From positions 1 to 17,691 of the forward strand of contig JBHIAC010000059.1 in the NCBI GenBank assembly GCA_046758365.1: a stretch of DNA of 17,691 bases, written 5' to 3'. This DNA is from a bacterium (GTDB taxonomy: Bacteria; Zhuqueibacterota; Zhuqueibacteria; Oceanimicrobiales; Oceanimicrobiaceae). The translations under genes were made by a program, and so were the position numbers. Each line of letters begins with the position of its first letter. Within the stretch, counting starts at the first letter, position 1. Under the pieces are notes generated by a model. That model did not search any database. It was not told the origin of the DNA and worked only from the letters and a program-made list of their open reading frames with translations. Positions 1-7,912 of this stretch are shown here, in pieces.

Positions 1-2
1 TA

Positions 3-1031
3 AGTTATACCTTAACACTAAAACCAGGCTGGAATCAGATTGGTTTACCTTTTGCCTTTCCAGTTGCCTGGGATTCTATTTTCATAGCCAGTGACTCCCC
101 TGATAGTGTAGAAATCCCCTGGTTATATGAAGGTGGTTATGATCCAGCAGATATTTTAGAACCTTATAAGGGGTATTTTATCCGCAATAAAAATGATTCA
201 AATATTAGCCTTCGAATTCCACCCATTGCTTTAGAGGGATTAAGTAAATCTTTAGCGCGCTCAAACTTGTCTAATTCAGAATGGTCATTACAAATTAAGG
301 CGACTTGTCAAGAAGCTCGGGATGAATTTAACTTACTGGGAATCAACAAGCTGGCTTCAGACGATTGGGATCCTTTAGACTACACCGAACCACCCCCTAT
401 CGGTGAATATGTTTCTGTTTATTTTCCTAAACAAGATTGGGAAATTTACCCGAATAATTATACGACTGATTATCGACATAATATTGGAGAGGGACAGTCC
501 TGGATTGTAAATGTGAAAACCAACATCCGTAATTCCGAAGTTAAGATAAATTTTGCAGGTTTAGAAGCAATTCCCCAAGACTTAGAAATCATACTCTTGG
601 ATGAAAAATTACATATTACAAAAAATCTCAAAAGTGATCAGAGTTACAGTTTTCCAACTGGCAATTTTGGTACTACTAAAACTCTGAAATTAAGTGTAGG
701 TAATAGCAATTTTATCTCCGACGAAATCTCAGACAATGCGTTAATTCCAACAGATTTCGAACTTTCTCAAAATTTCCCAAATCCATTTAACCCCGTTACT
801 TCAATTCGTTATGGCTTACCTCGTTCTGAAAAAGTTACTATTCGCATATTTGATCTCTTAGGAAGAGAAGTTTTAACTTTAATTGATGGTGAAAAGAAAG
901 AAGCTGGCTACCATGTGATTTCCTGGAACGGTAGAGATAACAAAGGTTCACCTGTTGCAAGTGGTCTCTATATTTACTATATTATATCCGGAAAATTTTC
1001 CCAAAGCCGTAAAATGCTTTTAATCAAATAA
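3..1031 (+). CDS. 3' part of a large secreted protein with a C-terminal Por/T9SS-type sorting domain (FlgD-Ig-like); 5'-truncated by the window edge
   Basis: The frame of ORF 267..1031 is open back to base 3 (SYTLTLKPGWNQIGLPFAFPVAW...), so TTG 267 is not the start. The last ~95 aa (from ~741) read PTDFELSQNFPNPFNPVTSIRYGLP...IFDLLGREV...WNGRD...VASGLYIY...RKMLLIK, the typical CTD pattern. Confidence 0.9.
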   Translation, partial: SYTLTLKPGWNQIGLPFAFPVAWDSIFIASDSPDSVEIPWLYEGGYDPADILEPYKGYFIRNKNDSNISLRIPPIALEGLSKSLARSNLSNSEWSLQIKATCQEARDEFNLLGINKLASDDWDPLDYTEPPPIGEYVSVYFPKQDWEIYPNNYTTDYRHNIGEGQSWIVNVKTNIRNSEVKINFAGLEAIPQDLEIILLDEKLHITKNLKSDQSYSFPTGNFGTTKTLKLSVGNSNFISDEISDNALIPTDFELSQNFPNPFNPVTSIRYGLPRSEKVTIRIFDLLGREVLTLIDGEKKEAGYHVISWNGRDNKGSPVASGLYIYYIISGKFSQSRKMLLIK

Positions 1032-1071
1032 CTATTTAATTTATTTTTAGCATCCCAAGTGGAGTTTAATA

Positions 1072-1923
1072 ATGAAGCTTATTAGAAATTGTTTTAACAT
1101 GGTGTTAATTTTGTCAATCGGAATTTTCCAATCATGGGCTCAGGAACAAAGTGAGGAACCTCAACAGGTTCTTACTCAGAAAGGATATAATAAAAGCGCC
1201 CCGGCTGTAATTAAATTGGTGACTGATGAGGGAAAGAAGATCGGGACAGGCGTCATTCTTGGGGTGCATAAGGATGACGTGGGTTTTGTTCTAACTTCCT
1301 ATAGTACAGTAGCAGGTAGGGATAAAGTAGCTATCATTCTCAAGAATTATCCAGAGCCCCTCTTAGGTTACACGGTGGATAAATGGATAGATTTCGATAC
1401 AGAATTGGCAGTTGTGGCGATTAAAAAATTTCCCCCTGGTCAACCGGTCATTACCTTCGGAGGATCTAAATCGGCCAAAGTAGGAGAAACATTTACAATC
1501 ATAGGCCACATTGAAGGTAGTGATTGGATGCCGATTCCCTTAGAATTAATGGATTCTAATGAAAGACGTTTTGCACTTGAGTCTAGTGAATATTCAGGTT
1601 TTGAAGGGGGACCATTATTAAACGAAAATGGATATATGATTGGACTAATCGTGAGTGAAGAAGAAGAGGCCGCCGAAAAGGGCCGTCTAACCCTAGCGGT
1701 GAAATCTAATGTCATAAAGCCGATCATAAACGAATGGTTTCAACCAATCGAGCTTAAGCAAAAATGGCATGAAAAAGGTGCTGGCTTGGCAACCTGGATT
1801 TGGGCCGTTGGAGGAGGCGTTTTAGGGGGTACCGTAGCAACAGCTATTGCGATTGCTGGTGGCGGAGAAGAAGCCCACAAAGGGCTGCCGCGTCCTCCAG
1901 AACCCCCACCGACTGACCAATAA
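1072..1923 (+). CDS. Exported trypsin-like (S1C/Trypsin_2-fold) protein, predicted catalytically inactive, with a C-terminal hydrophobic Gly-rich segment and Pro-rich tail
   Basis: GGAG at 1061-1064; signal peptide ending SWA-Q; fold motifs PAVIKL, GTGVIL, VLTSYSTV, TELAVV, GFEGGPLLNENGYMIGL; tail WIWAVGGGVLGGTVATAIAIAGGGEEAHKGLPRPPEPP. Confidence 0.8.
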   Translation: MKLIRNCFNMVLILSIGIFQSWAQEQSEEPQQVLTQKGYNKSAPAVIKLVTDEGKKIGTGVILGVHKDDVGFVLTSYSTVAGRDKVAIILKNYPEPLLGYTVDKWIDFDTELAVVAIKKFPPGQPVITFGGSKSAKVGETFTIIGHIEGSDWMPIPLELMDSNERRFALESSEYSGFEGGPLLNENGYMIGLIVSEEEEAAEKGRLTLAVKSNVIKPIINEWFQPIELKQKWHEKGAGLATWIWAVGGGVLGGTVATAIAIAGGGEEAHKGLPRPPEPPPTDQ

Positions 1924-1957
1924 TTGAAATTCTTTAAATTGATATACGCCCTATCCC

Positions 1958-1982
1958 GCGGTTGTGGAAATTTCACAGTCGC
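1958..1982 (+). promoter_or_regulatory. Intergenic stem-loop just upstream of the amidohydrolase RBS
   Basis: GCGGTTGTGGA-aat-TTCACAGTCGC gives an 11-bp stem with three G-U pairs on the + strand; no U tract; SD AAGGAGGT at 1993-2000. Confidence 0.45.
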
Positions 1983-2006
1983 CATCATTAGAAAGGAGGT
2001 AACATA

Positions 2007-3368
2007 ATGAAATCATCCAACCAGAGAATTCTTTTTATTATGTTATCTGGAATTTATTTTATCACTTCCAACATTTTGGCACAAAACAATGTGGCACTTA
2101 CAAATAAATTGTATGACGAAATTCAATCTCGATTAAACCAGGATTATGCTCATCTTGAGTTACTCTATAAACATCTTCATGCTAATCCAGAGCTTTCTTT
2201 CCATGAAGAAAAGACCGCCGCTCGCATAGCTCAAGAATTAAAAAACCTGGATTTTGAAGTAACTTCAAACGTTGGTGGACACGGATTTGTTGGTGTGATG
2301 AAAAACGGGAAAGGGCCGACAGTGCTGATTCGTACGGATTTGGATGCCCTACCGGTGGAAGAAAATACAGGTCTGAAATACGCCAGCAAGATACGCACGA
2401 AGGATGATCAAGGAAATGAAGTGGGTGTGATGCATGCCTGTGGCCATGACGTACACATGACGGTTTTTGTTGGAACCGCTCGCTTGTTAAGCCAGCTTAA
2501 AAACCAGTGGCATGGGGCTTTGGTCATGATCGGTCAGCCTGCAGAAGAAACCGGAGCCGGCGCCAAAGCTATGCTCGAGGATGGACTCTTTACTAAGTTC
2601 CCTAGACCGGACTACTGTCTCGCTTTGCACTCAAATGCATCACTGCCTGCCGGTAAAGTGGGAATTTGCGAAGGGTATGCCTTGGCCAATGTAGACTTTG
2701 TGGATCTTAAAATCTTCGGTGTGGGTGGGCATGGAGCCTATCCACACACGACTAAGGATCCAATCGTGATTGCGGCTCAGATTGTTCTTGCTTTACAAAC
2801 AATCGTTAGTCGGGAAATCAAGCCGGTCGAGCCTGCCGTGGTTACAGTTGGCTCCATTCATGGTGGTACCAAACATAACATTATTCCCGAGGAAGTGGAC
2901 CTGCAATTAACCCTTCGTTCCTACTCAGATCAAGTTCGAAACCAAACAATAGAAGCAATCAAGCGAATTTCTAAAGGCATCGCCTTGGCGGCTGGAATAT
3001 CAGAGGATAGATTGCCTACTCTGAAGGTTCGGGAAGGATTTATCCCGGCTACCTACAATGATCCCGAACTAACTCGGCGTATTGCAAAGGCTATGCGTAA
3101 TTTACTTGGTGATGAAAACGTACTCAAAGTTGAACCGGTGATGGGGGGCGAAGATTTTGGGCGTTTTGGTCGTGTGAACCCTAAGATTCCCATCAGTATT
3201 TTTTGGTTAGGGACAGTCGAGCCCAAATTAGTGGCGGAAAGTTTGCAGAAAGGAACACCGCTTCCGTCGCTGCATTCCAGTATTTTTGCTCCGGTTCCTA
3301 CACCAACCCTAAAGACAGGGGTAAAAGCGATGAGTGCTGCTGTATTGGATTTGCTGCAGACCGAGTAA
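2007..3368 (+). CDS. M20D family amidohydrolase (hippuricase / N-acyl-amino acid amidohydrolase-like) with signal peptide
   Basis: Motifs HANPELSFHE, RTDLDALP, MHACGHDVH, QPAEE, GGHGAYPH, MGGEDF, LHS; strong SD; hydrophobic N-terminus ending ILA-Q. Confidence 0.93.
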   Translation: MKSSNQRILFIMLSGIYFITSNILAQNNVALTNKLYDEIQSRLNQDYAHLELLYKHLHANPELSFHEEKTAARIAQELKNLDFEVTSNVGGHGFVGVMKNGKGPTVLIRTDLDALPVEENTGLKYASKIRTKDDQGNEVGVMHACGHDVHMTVFVGTARLLSQLKNQWHGALVMIGQPAEETGAGAKAMLEDGLFTKFPRPDYCLALHSNASLPAGKVGICEGYALANVDFVDLKIFGVGGHGAYPHTTKDPIVIAAQIVLALQTIVSREIKPVEPAVVTVGSIHGGTKHNIIPEEVDLQLTLRSYSDQVRNQTIEAIKRISKGIALAAGISEDRLPTLKVREGFIPATYNDPELTRRIAKAMRNLLGDENVLKVEPVMGGEDFGRFGRVNPKIPISIFWLGTVEPKLVAESLQKGTPLPSLHSSIFAPVPTPTLKTGVKAMSAAVLDLLQTE

Positions 3369-3396
3369 AATAATTAATTTCATGTCTATTTTAGTG

Positions 3397-3440
3397 TTTG
3401 TGCTTTTGCACAAAAAACAAAGATTTGACTGATAATACTA
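3397..3440. repeat. Palindrome plus a motif shared with the 12953-13014 region
   Basis: TTTGTGC-tttt-GCACAAA (3397-3414). ACAAAGATTTGA occurs at 3417-3428 and 12974-12985; TTTTGCACAA occurs at 3404-3413 and 13005-13014. Confidence 0.45.
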
Positions 3441-3508
3441 TAAACAACAAATCCCACAAACAAATTCTTTTTAATTAATTTTTAACCATCAATTGAGGAG
3501 GGTCTTTT

Positions 3509-4267
3509 ATGTTTAGGAAAACTTTATTTCTTATTTTTTCAATTAATGTTCTTTTTTGTATACAAGTCACCGCACAAACGGTCGAAGAACTGATTGAAAA
3601 GAATATCGAAGCTCGGGGTGGATATGAAAAAATAAAAGCGATCAAAACGATAAAAATGACCGGAAACTCAATGTTTCAGGGAATGGAAGCACCATTTACC
3701 ATATTTGCAAAACGACCCAATAACTTACGAATGGAAGTCACTATTCAAAGTCAAAACATGGTTCAGGCTTATGATGGCGAAACGGCCTGGATGATCTTTC
3801 CCTTTATGGGCTCTACTGAACCCCAAAAAATGCCAGAAGATCAAGCCGATGCGTTTATTGAACAGGCTGATATCGATGGTCATTTGGTTGATTACAAAGA
3901 AAAGGGGCATACCGTGGAGCTTATTGGTAAAGAAGATATGGAAGGCACCGATGTTTACAAACTGAAACTAACTTTGAAGAACGGGAATGTTAATTATATC
4001 TATTTAGATGCTGAATATTTTATTGAGTTAAAACAAAAGGCCAAGAGAAAACGTCAAGGCTCAGAGTTTGAGGTTGAGACTTTTTTTGGGGATTACAAAC
4101 CTATAAATGGTCTGATGATCCCACACTCACTCGAGAGCAAAGTTGGCGGACAGACTGTTTCGCAAATCACAGTAGAAAAGGTTGAAATGGATGTGAATAT
4201 AGATGATTCAATTTTCAAGATGCCGCCAAAATCTCAAGAGGAAAAAACTTCAAAGCAAAATCATTAG
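3509..4267 (+). CDS. Exported LolA-like / outer-membrane lipoprotein-sorting family protein
   Basis: SD GAGGAGG at 3495-3501; signal peptide ending VTA-Q; family-like segments QTVEELIEKNIEARGG, KRPNNLRME, QAYDGETAW, YKLKLT, FGDYKPINGLMIPH, IDDSIFKMP. Confidence 0.75.
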   Translation: MFRKTLFLIFSINVLFCIQVTAQTVEELIEKNIEARGGYEKIKAIKTIKMTGNSMFQGMEAPFTIFAKRPNNLRMEVTIQSQNMVQAYDGETAWMIFPFMGSTEPQKMPEDQADAFIEQADIDGHLVDYKEKGHTVELIGKEDMEGTDVYKLKLTLKNGNVNYIYLDAEYFIELKQKAKRKRQGSEFEVETFFGDYKPINGLMIPHSLESKVGGQTVSQITVEKVEMDVNIDDSIFKMPPKSQEEKTSKQNH

Positions 4268-4313
4268 AAATTCGTTTTCTTGTCTTTCTAAAGTTCAACT
4301 AAATAGAATGCAA

Positions 4314-4385
4314 CAGGATGCTGGATGTTCGATACCTGAAGCAAGATATGTATATATCTAAACTCAATCCAGCATCCTGGATTGA
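4314..4385. repeat. Nested, overlapping inverted repeats (REP-like or leader structure)
   Basis: Perfect 13-bp IR CAGGATGCTGGAT (4314-4326) / ATCCAGCATCCTG (4367-4379); inner AGATAT/ATATCT (4344-4359); competing 9-bp stem TCAATCCAG (4364-4372) / CTGGATTGA (4377-4385). Confidence 0.7.
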
Positions 4386-4446
4386 ACATTTAGTCTCACT
4401 TCACTTTAAAACAATTCCACGAAATTCAAATCTAAGGAGGGTATCG

Positions 4447-7400
4447 ATGCTTAAGAATTTTCTCCAACTAATATATTTATGCCTCTTAAGTGCCAGCATT
4501 TTGTATGCTGGTAGTAAGACAAACGACAAAATCAAAATTGATTCTAACACATTTGGGGCTATTGAAGCGCGGGCTATTGGTCCGGCAGTGATGGGAGGGC
4601 GGATCGCTGCTCTCGATGCTGTGAATAGCAATCCACGCATTATTTATGTAGGCGCTGCCAGTGGTGGTGTTTGGAAATCGATCAATGGTGGCACCACCTT
4701 TAAACCGGTTTTTGATAAACACACACAATCTATCGGAGCTATCACCATCGATCAAGCGCATCCAGATACGGTATGGGTTGGCACCGGCGAGGGCTGGGTG
4801 CGCAACAGTGTTTCAGTAGGTACTGGAGTTTATGAAACAACAGATGGCGGTGAAACCTGGAAACTTATGGGATTGGAAAAATCCGAGCGCATAAGCTGTA
4901 TCCTCATTCATCCACGCAAATCCGAGATCGTGTATGTGGCGGTCCTTGGACATCTCTGGGATGCTAACGAAGATCGGGGCGTATACAAATCCACTGATGG
5001 CGGAAAAACCTGGGAACGCATCCTCTATGTGGACGAAAACACCGGCTGCGCCGATCTCGCTATGGATCCCCAGGAGCCTAATATTCTCTATGCCGCCATG
5101 TGGCAGTTCCGCCGCATGCCTTATTTTTTTACTTCAGGTGGTCCCGGCAGTGGACTCTATAAAAGTACCGATGGTGGCAAAACTTGGAAAAAATTAACAC
5201 AAGGTCTACCAAAAGGAGAGTTTGGTCGATTCGGCATTGCAGTGGCGCCAACTCGTCCAAGTATTGTTTATGCGGTTGTTGAAGCGGAGAAAAATGCATT
5301 TTATAGATCTGAAGATTTTGGTGAAAGCTGGCAAGAATTAAATTCATCCTTTAATATTCAAGCTCGACCGTTTTATTTTAGTAAAGTTGTAGTGGATCCA
5401 AAAGATTACAACCGGGTCTACAAACCAGGGTTCTCCCTTGGTATAAGTAGCGACGGTGGTCAATCTTTTACCACGCCTTTTGGGGGTGGTTTCGGAGGTG
5501 GCGTGCATGGCGATCACCACGCCCTCTGGATCAATCCGAGCAATCCTTTCCATTTGCTGTTAGGTACGGATGGTGGGATTTACGTTTCATATGACAAGGG
5601 GAACACATGGCGGTTTTTAAACAATCTGCCGGTATCTCAATTTTACCACGTAAGCTACGATATGGAACAGCCCTATAACGTCTATGGTGGTTTGCAGGAT
5701 AACGGCACTTGGGTTGGCCCGTCAGAAAGTCCTAATGGCATTGAGAATATGGATTGGCAAAACGTCGGTGGTGGAGACGGATTTTACGCATTTCCGGACC
5801 CGACCGATAAAGATATTGTTTACTGTGAATATCAGGGAGGCAATATCCTCCGTTACCATAAATCAACAGGCGAAACAAAAGAAATAAAGCCTTATCCAAA
5901 AGAGGGAGAACCAAAATATCGTTTCAATTGGAACACACCCATCACTATTAGCCCCAATAATACCGATGTCTTTTATATAGGCGCACAATTTCTGTTTCGT
6001 TCGTCCGATAAAGGAGAATCGTGGGAGCGTATTTCAGAAGATCTCACTACTAACGATCCCGAAAAACAAAGGCAGGAAGAATCCGGCGGACTGACCATCG
6101 ACAACTCGACGGCGGAGAATCACTGTACGATCTATACTATTAGTGAATCGCCCCTGGATGAAAAGGTAATCTGGGTCGGTACCGACGATGGTAACATACA
6201 GGTTACACTTGATGGCGGAAAATCGTGGAGCAATGTTGTAAGTAATATACCGGAGTTGCCTTCCAACACTTGGTGCAGCGGGGTAGAAGCCAGTCACTAC
6301 GACCGATCGACTGCCTATGCGGTATTCGATGGCCATCGAACGGGAGATATGAACGTGTATGTGTATAAGACCACTGATCTTGGCAAAAGCTGGAAATCCA
6401 TCGCTACCGATGCCATAAAAGGCTATGCCTTTGTAATTCGTGAAGATCTCGTCAATCCCAATCTACTGTTTGTTGGCACAGAATTTGGACTTTTTGTATC
6501 TGTGGATGGCGGAGAACAATGGGCACAATTTACTGGAAAATTGCCGAACGTGGCCGTTCGGGATATCGCTATTCATCCAAGGGAATCTGATGTAATTCTC
6601 GCTACTCACGGACGAGGCATATATATCATCGATGATATCACCCCGCTCAGACAAATCATGGGGGAGGTTCTTGCGTCCGATGTGCACATATTTGATTTAC
6701 GTCCTATACCTATTAAGATCCCAACTGGCAAACAGCAATTCCCTGGCGATGGTGAGTTTGTTGGCACGAATCCGGCTGAAGTTGCTACCATTACTTACTA
6801 CCTTAAAAAACGCCACGTCTTTGGTGATTTAAAGGTTGAAATTTATGATTCAGAAGGCAAGTTATTAAAAACACTACCTGGGGGTAAACGACGTGGAATT
6901 AATCGGGTCAAATGGTTTATGCGTCTGAAACCACCTAAAGTGCCACCTGCGCCCGTGTTAGCGCCACGGGGTCTGTTTGGTCCCATGGTGCCAGAAGGAA
7001 CTTACACCGTAAAGCTGGTTAAAGGGAAAAAAACATACAGCGGTCAAATCAAAATTATTGCGGATCCTACATCACCCCATTCAGCAGAAGACCGTGCCCT
7101 TCAGCAGCAAAGCGTCATGAAATTGTATTATATGCAAGATCGGCTCGCCTTTATTGCAGACGCAGTAACCGATGCCAGAGATCAGGCAAAAGACCGGGCC
7201 AAGCAACTGAAAAAAAAGGATAAGCTTGCAAAATCTTTAAATGCTTTCGCAGACAGGTTGGACAAATTACACAAAACTTTGGTGGCGACTAAAAAAGGTG
7301 GCTGGCTCTCGGGTGAGGAACAGTTGCGTGAAAAAGTAGTAGATTTGTATGGTGCAGTGAGCAGCTATGGGGGTAGACCTACTGACTCCCAGCTTGCGCG

Positions 7401-7563
7401 CCTTGATTTACTTGAAAAGGAAATTGAAAAATCTAACGCTAAGTTTGAAGCAATCACTGGGAAAGAAATAAAGAAACTCAATTCGAAACTTAAAGGCAAA
7501 AAACTTAATCCAATTACCATTTTGACAAAAGAAGAGTACGACAAAAAGCAAAAAAATAAATAA
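4447..7563 (+). CDS. Exported Vps10/sortilin-like BNR (Asp-box) beta-propeller protein with Ig-like and helical C-terminal regions
   Basis: Start moved from 4318 to ATG 4447, which follows SD AAGGAGG (4434-4440) and gives the signal peptide MLKNFLQLIYLCLLSASILYA. Family-like RAIGPAVMGGRI, 11 Asp-boxes (S/T-x-D/N-x-G-x-T/S/Q-W/F), HGDHHALWI, GGLQDNGTW, RFNWNTP, ATHGRG. Confidence 0.88.
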   Translation: MLKNFLQLIYLCLLSASILYAGSKTNDKIKIDSNTFGAIEARAIGPAVMGGRIAALDAVNSNPRIIYVGAASGGVWKSINGGTTFKPVFDKHTQSIGAITIDQAHPDTVWVGTGEGWVRNSVSVGTGVYETTDGGETWKLMGLEKSERISCILIHPRKSEIVYVAVLGHLWDANEDRGVYKSTDGGKTWERILYVDENTGCADLAMDPQEPNILYAAMWQFRRMPYFFTSGGPGSGLYKSTDGGKTWKKLTQGLPKGEFGRFGIAVAPTRPSIVYAVVEAEKNAFYRSEDFGESWQELNSSFNIQARPFYFSKVVVDPKDYNRVYKPGFSLGISSDGGQSFTTPFGGGFGGGVHGDHHALWINPSNPFHLLLGTDGGIYVSYDKGNTWRFLNNLPVSQFYHVSYDMEQPYNVYGGLQDNGTWVGPSESPNGIENMDWQNVGGGDGFYAFPDPTDKDIVYCEYQGGNILRYHKSTGETKEIKPYPKEGEPKYRFNWNTPITISPNNTDVFYIGAQFLFRSSDKGESWERISEDLTTNDPEKQRQEESGGLTIDNSTAENHCTIYTISESPLDEKVIWVGTDDGNIQVTLDGGKSWSNVVSNIPELPSNTWCSGVEASHYDRSTAYAVFDGHRTGDMNVYVYKTTDLGKSWKSIATDAIKGYAFVIREDLVNPNLLFVGTEFGLFVSVDGGEQWAQFTGKLPNVAVRDIAIHPRESDVILATHGRGIYIIDDITPLRQIMGEVLASDVHIFDLRPIPIKIPTGKQQFPGDGEFVGTNPAEVATITYYLKKRHVFGDLKVEIYDSEGKLLKTLPGGKRRGINRVKWFMRLKPPKVPPAPVLAPRGLFGPMVPEGTYTVKLVKGKKTYSGQIKIIADPTSPHSAEDRALQQQSVMKLYYMQDRLAFIADAVTDARDQAKDRAKQLKKKDKLAKSLNAFADRLDKLHKTLVATKKGGWLSGEEQLREKVVDLYGAVSSYGGRPTDSQLARLDLLEKEIEKSNAKFEAITGKEIKKLNSKLKGKKLNPITILTKEEYDKKQKNK

Positions 7564-7700
7564 GATAACAGATGACGTTTGGATTTCTGGTATAAAACCA
7601 TATTCTTGCTCCATTGGGTATCCTCGCCCGATGCAAAAACAAGAGTTTAAAACGCCGCGACATTCCTTTTAAATATTATAAGGAAAATCGGGACTTGAGC

Positions 7701-7807
7701 CTAGAGACGTGGACGGAAAGTATATTTTTAGAAAAAATTCGATCAAAAAAACAATAACTTAGATGTTGTTAATTCTGCAAATTTGGGGTTTTCGTCCATG
7801 TCTCTAG
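7701..7807. mobile_element. 107-bp MITE-like element bounded by CTAG
   Basis: 19-bp IR CTAGAGACGTGGACGGAAA (7701-7719) / TTTTCGTCCATGTCTCTAG (7789-7807), 17/19 matching; AT-rich non-coding interior with an IHF-like site AAACAATAACTTA (7749-7761). Confidence 0.65.
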
Positions 7808-7912
7808 AGGGACAATTTCAGCCAGACCTCTATAACGACATCCTTTTAGTATATAATAAAAAAGTAAATGGCCATCAATAATTAAAATTAGAATTTGTTC
7901 ATCACAAAAAGT

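Noticed and set aside
267..269. TTG start given for the first ORF
   Set aside because: The frame is open and protein-like back to the window edge, so the gene starts upstream.
4318..4446. 43-aa N-terminal extension of the Vps10-like ORF
   Set aside because: It runs through an inverted-repeat element, while ATG 4447 has a perfect SD and gives a normal signal peptide.
4447..7563. Calling the propeller protein a GH74 xyloglucanase or sialidase
   Set aside because: Asp-boxes are structural; I could not verify catalytic residues and no carbohydrate-utilisation genes are adjacent.
7658..7858. Degenerate CRISPR array (repeat period ~73-75 bp once the MITE is removed)
   Set aside because: Only two imperfect copies, no third at the expected spacing and no cas genes.
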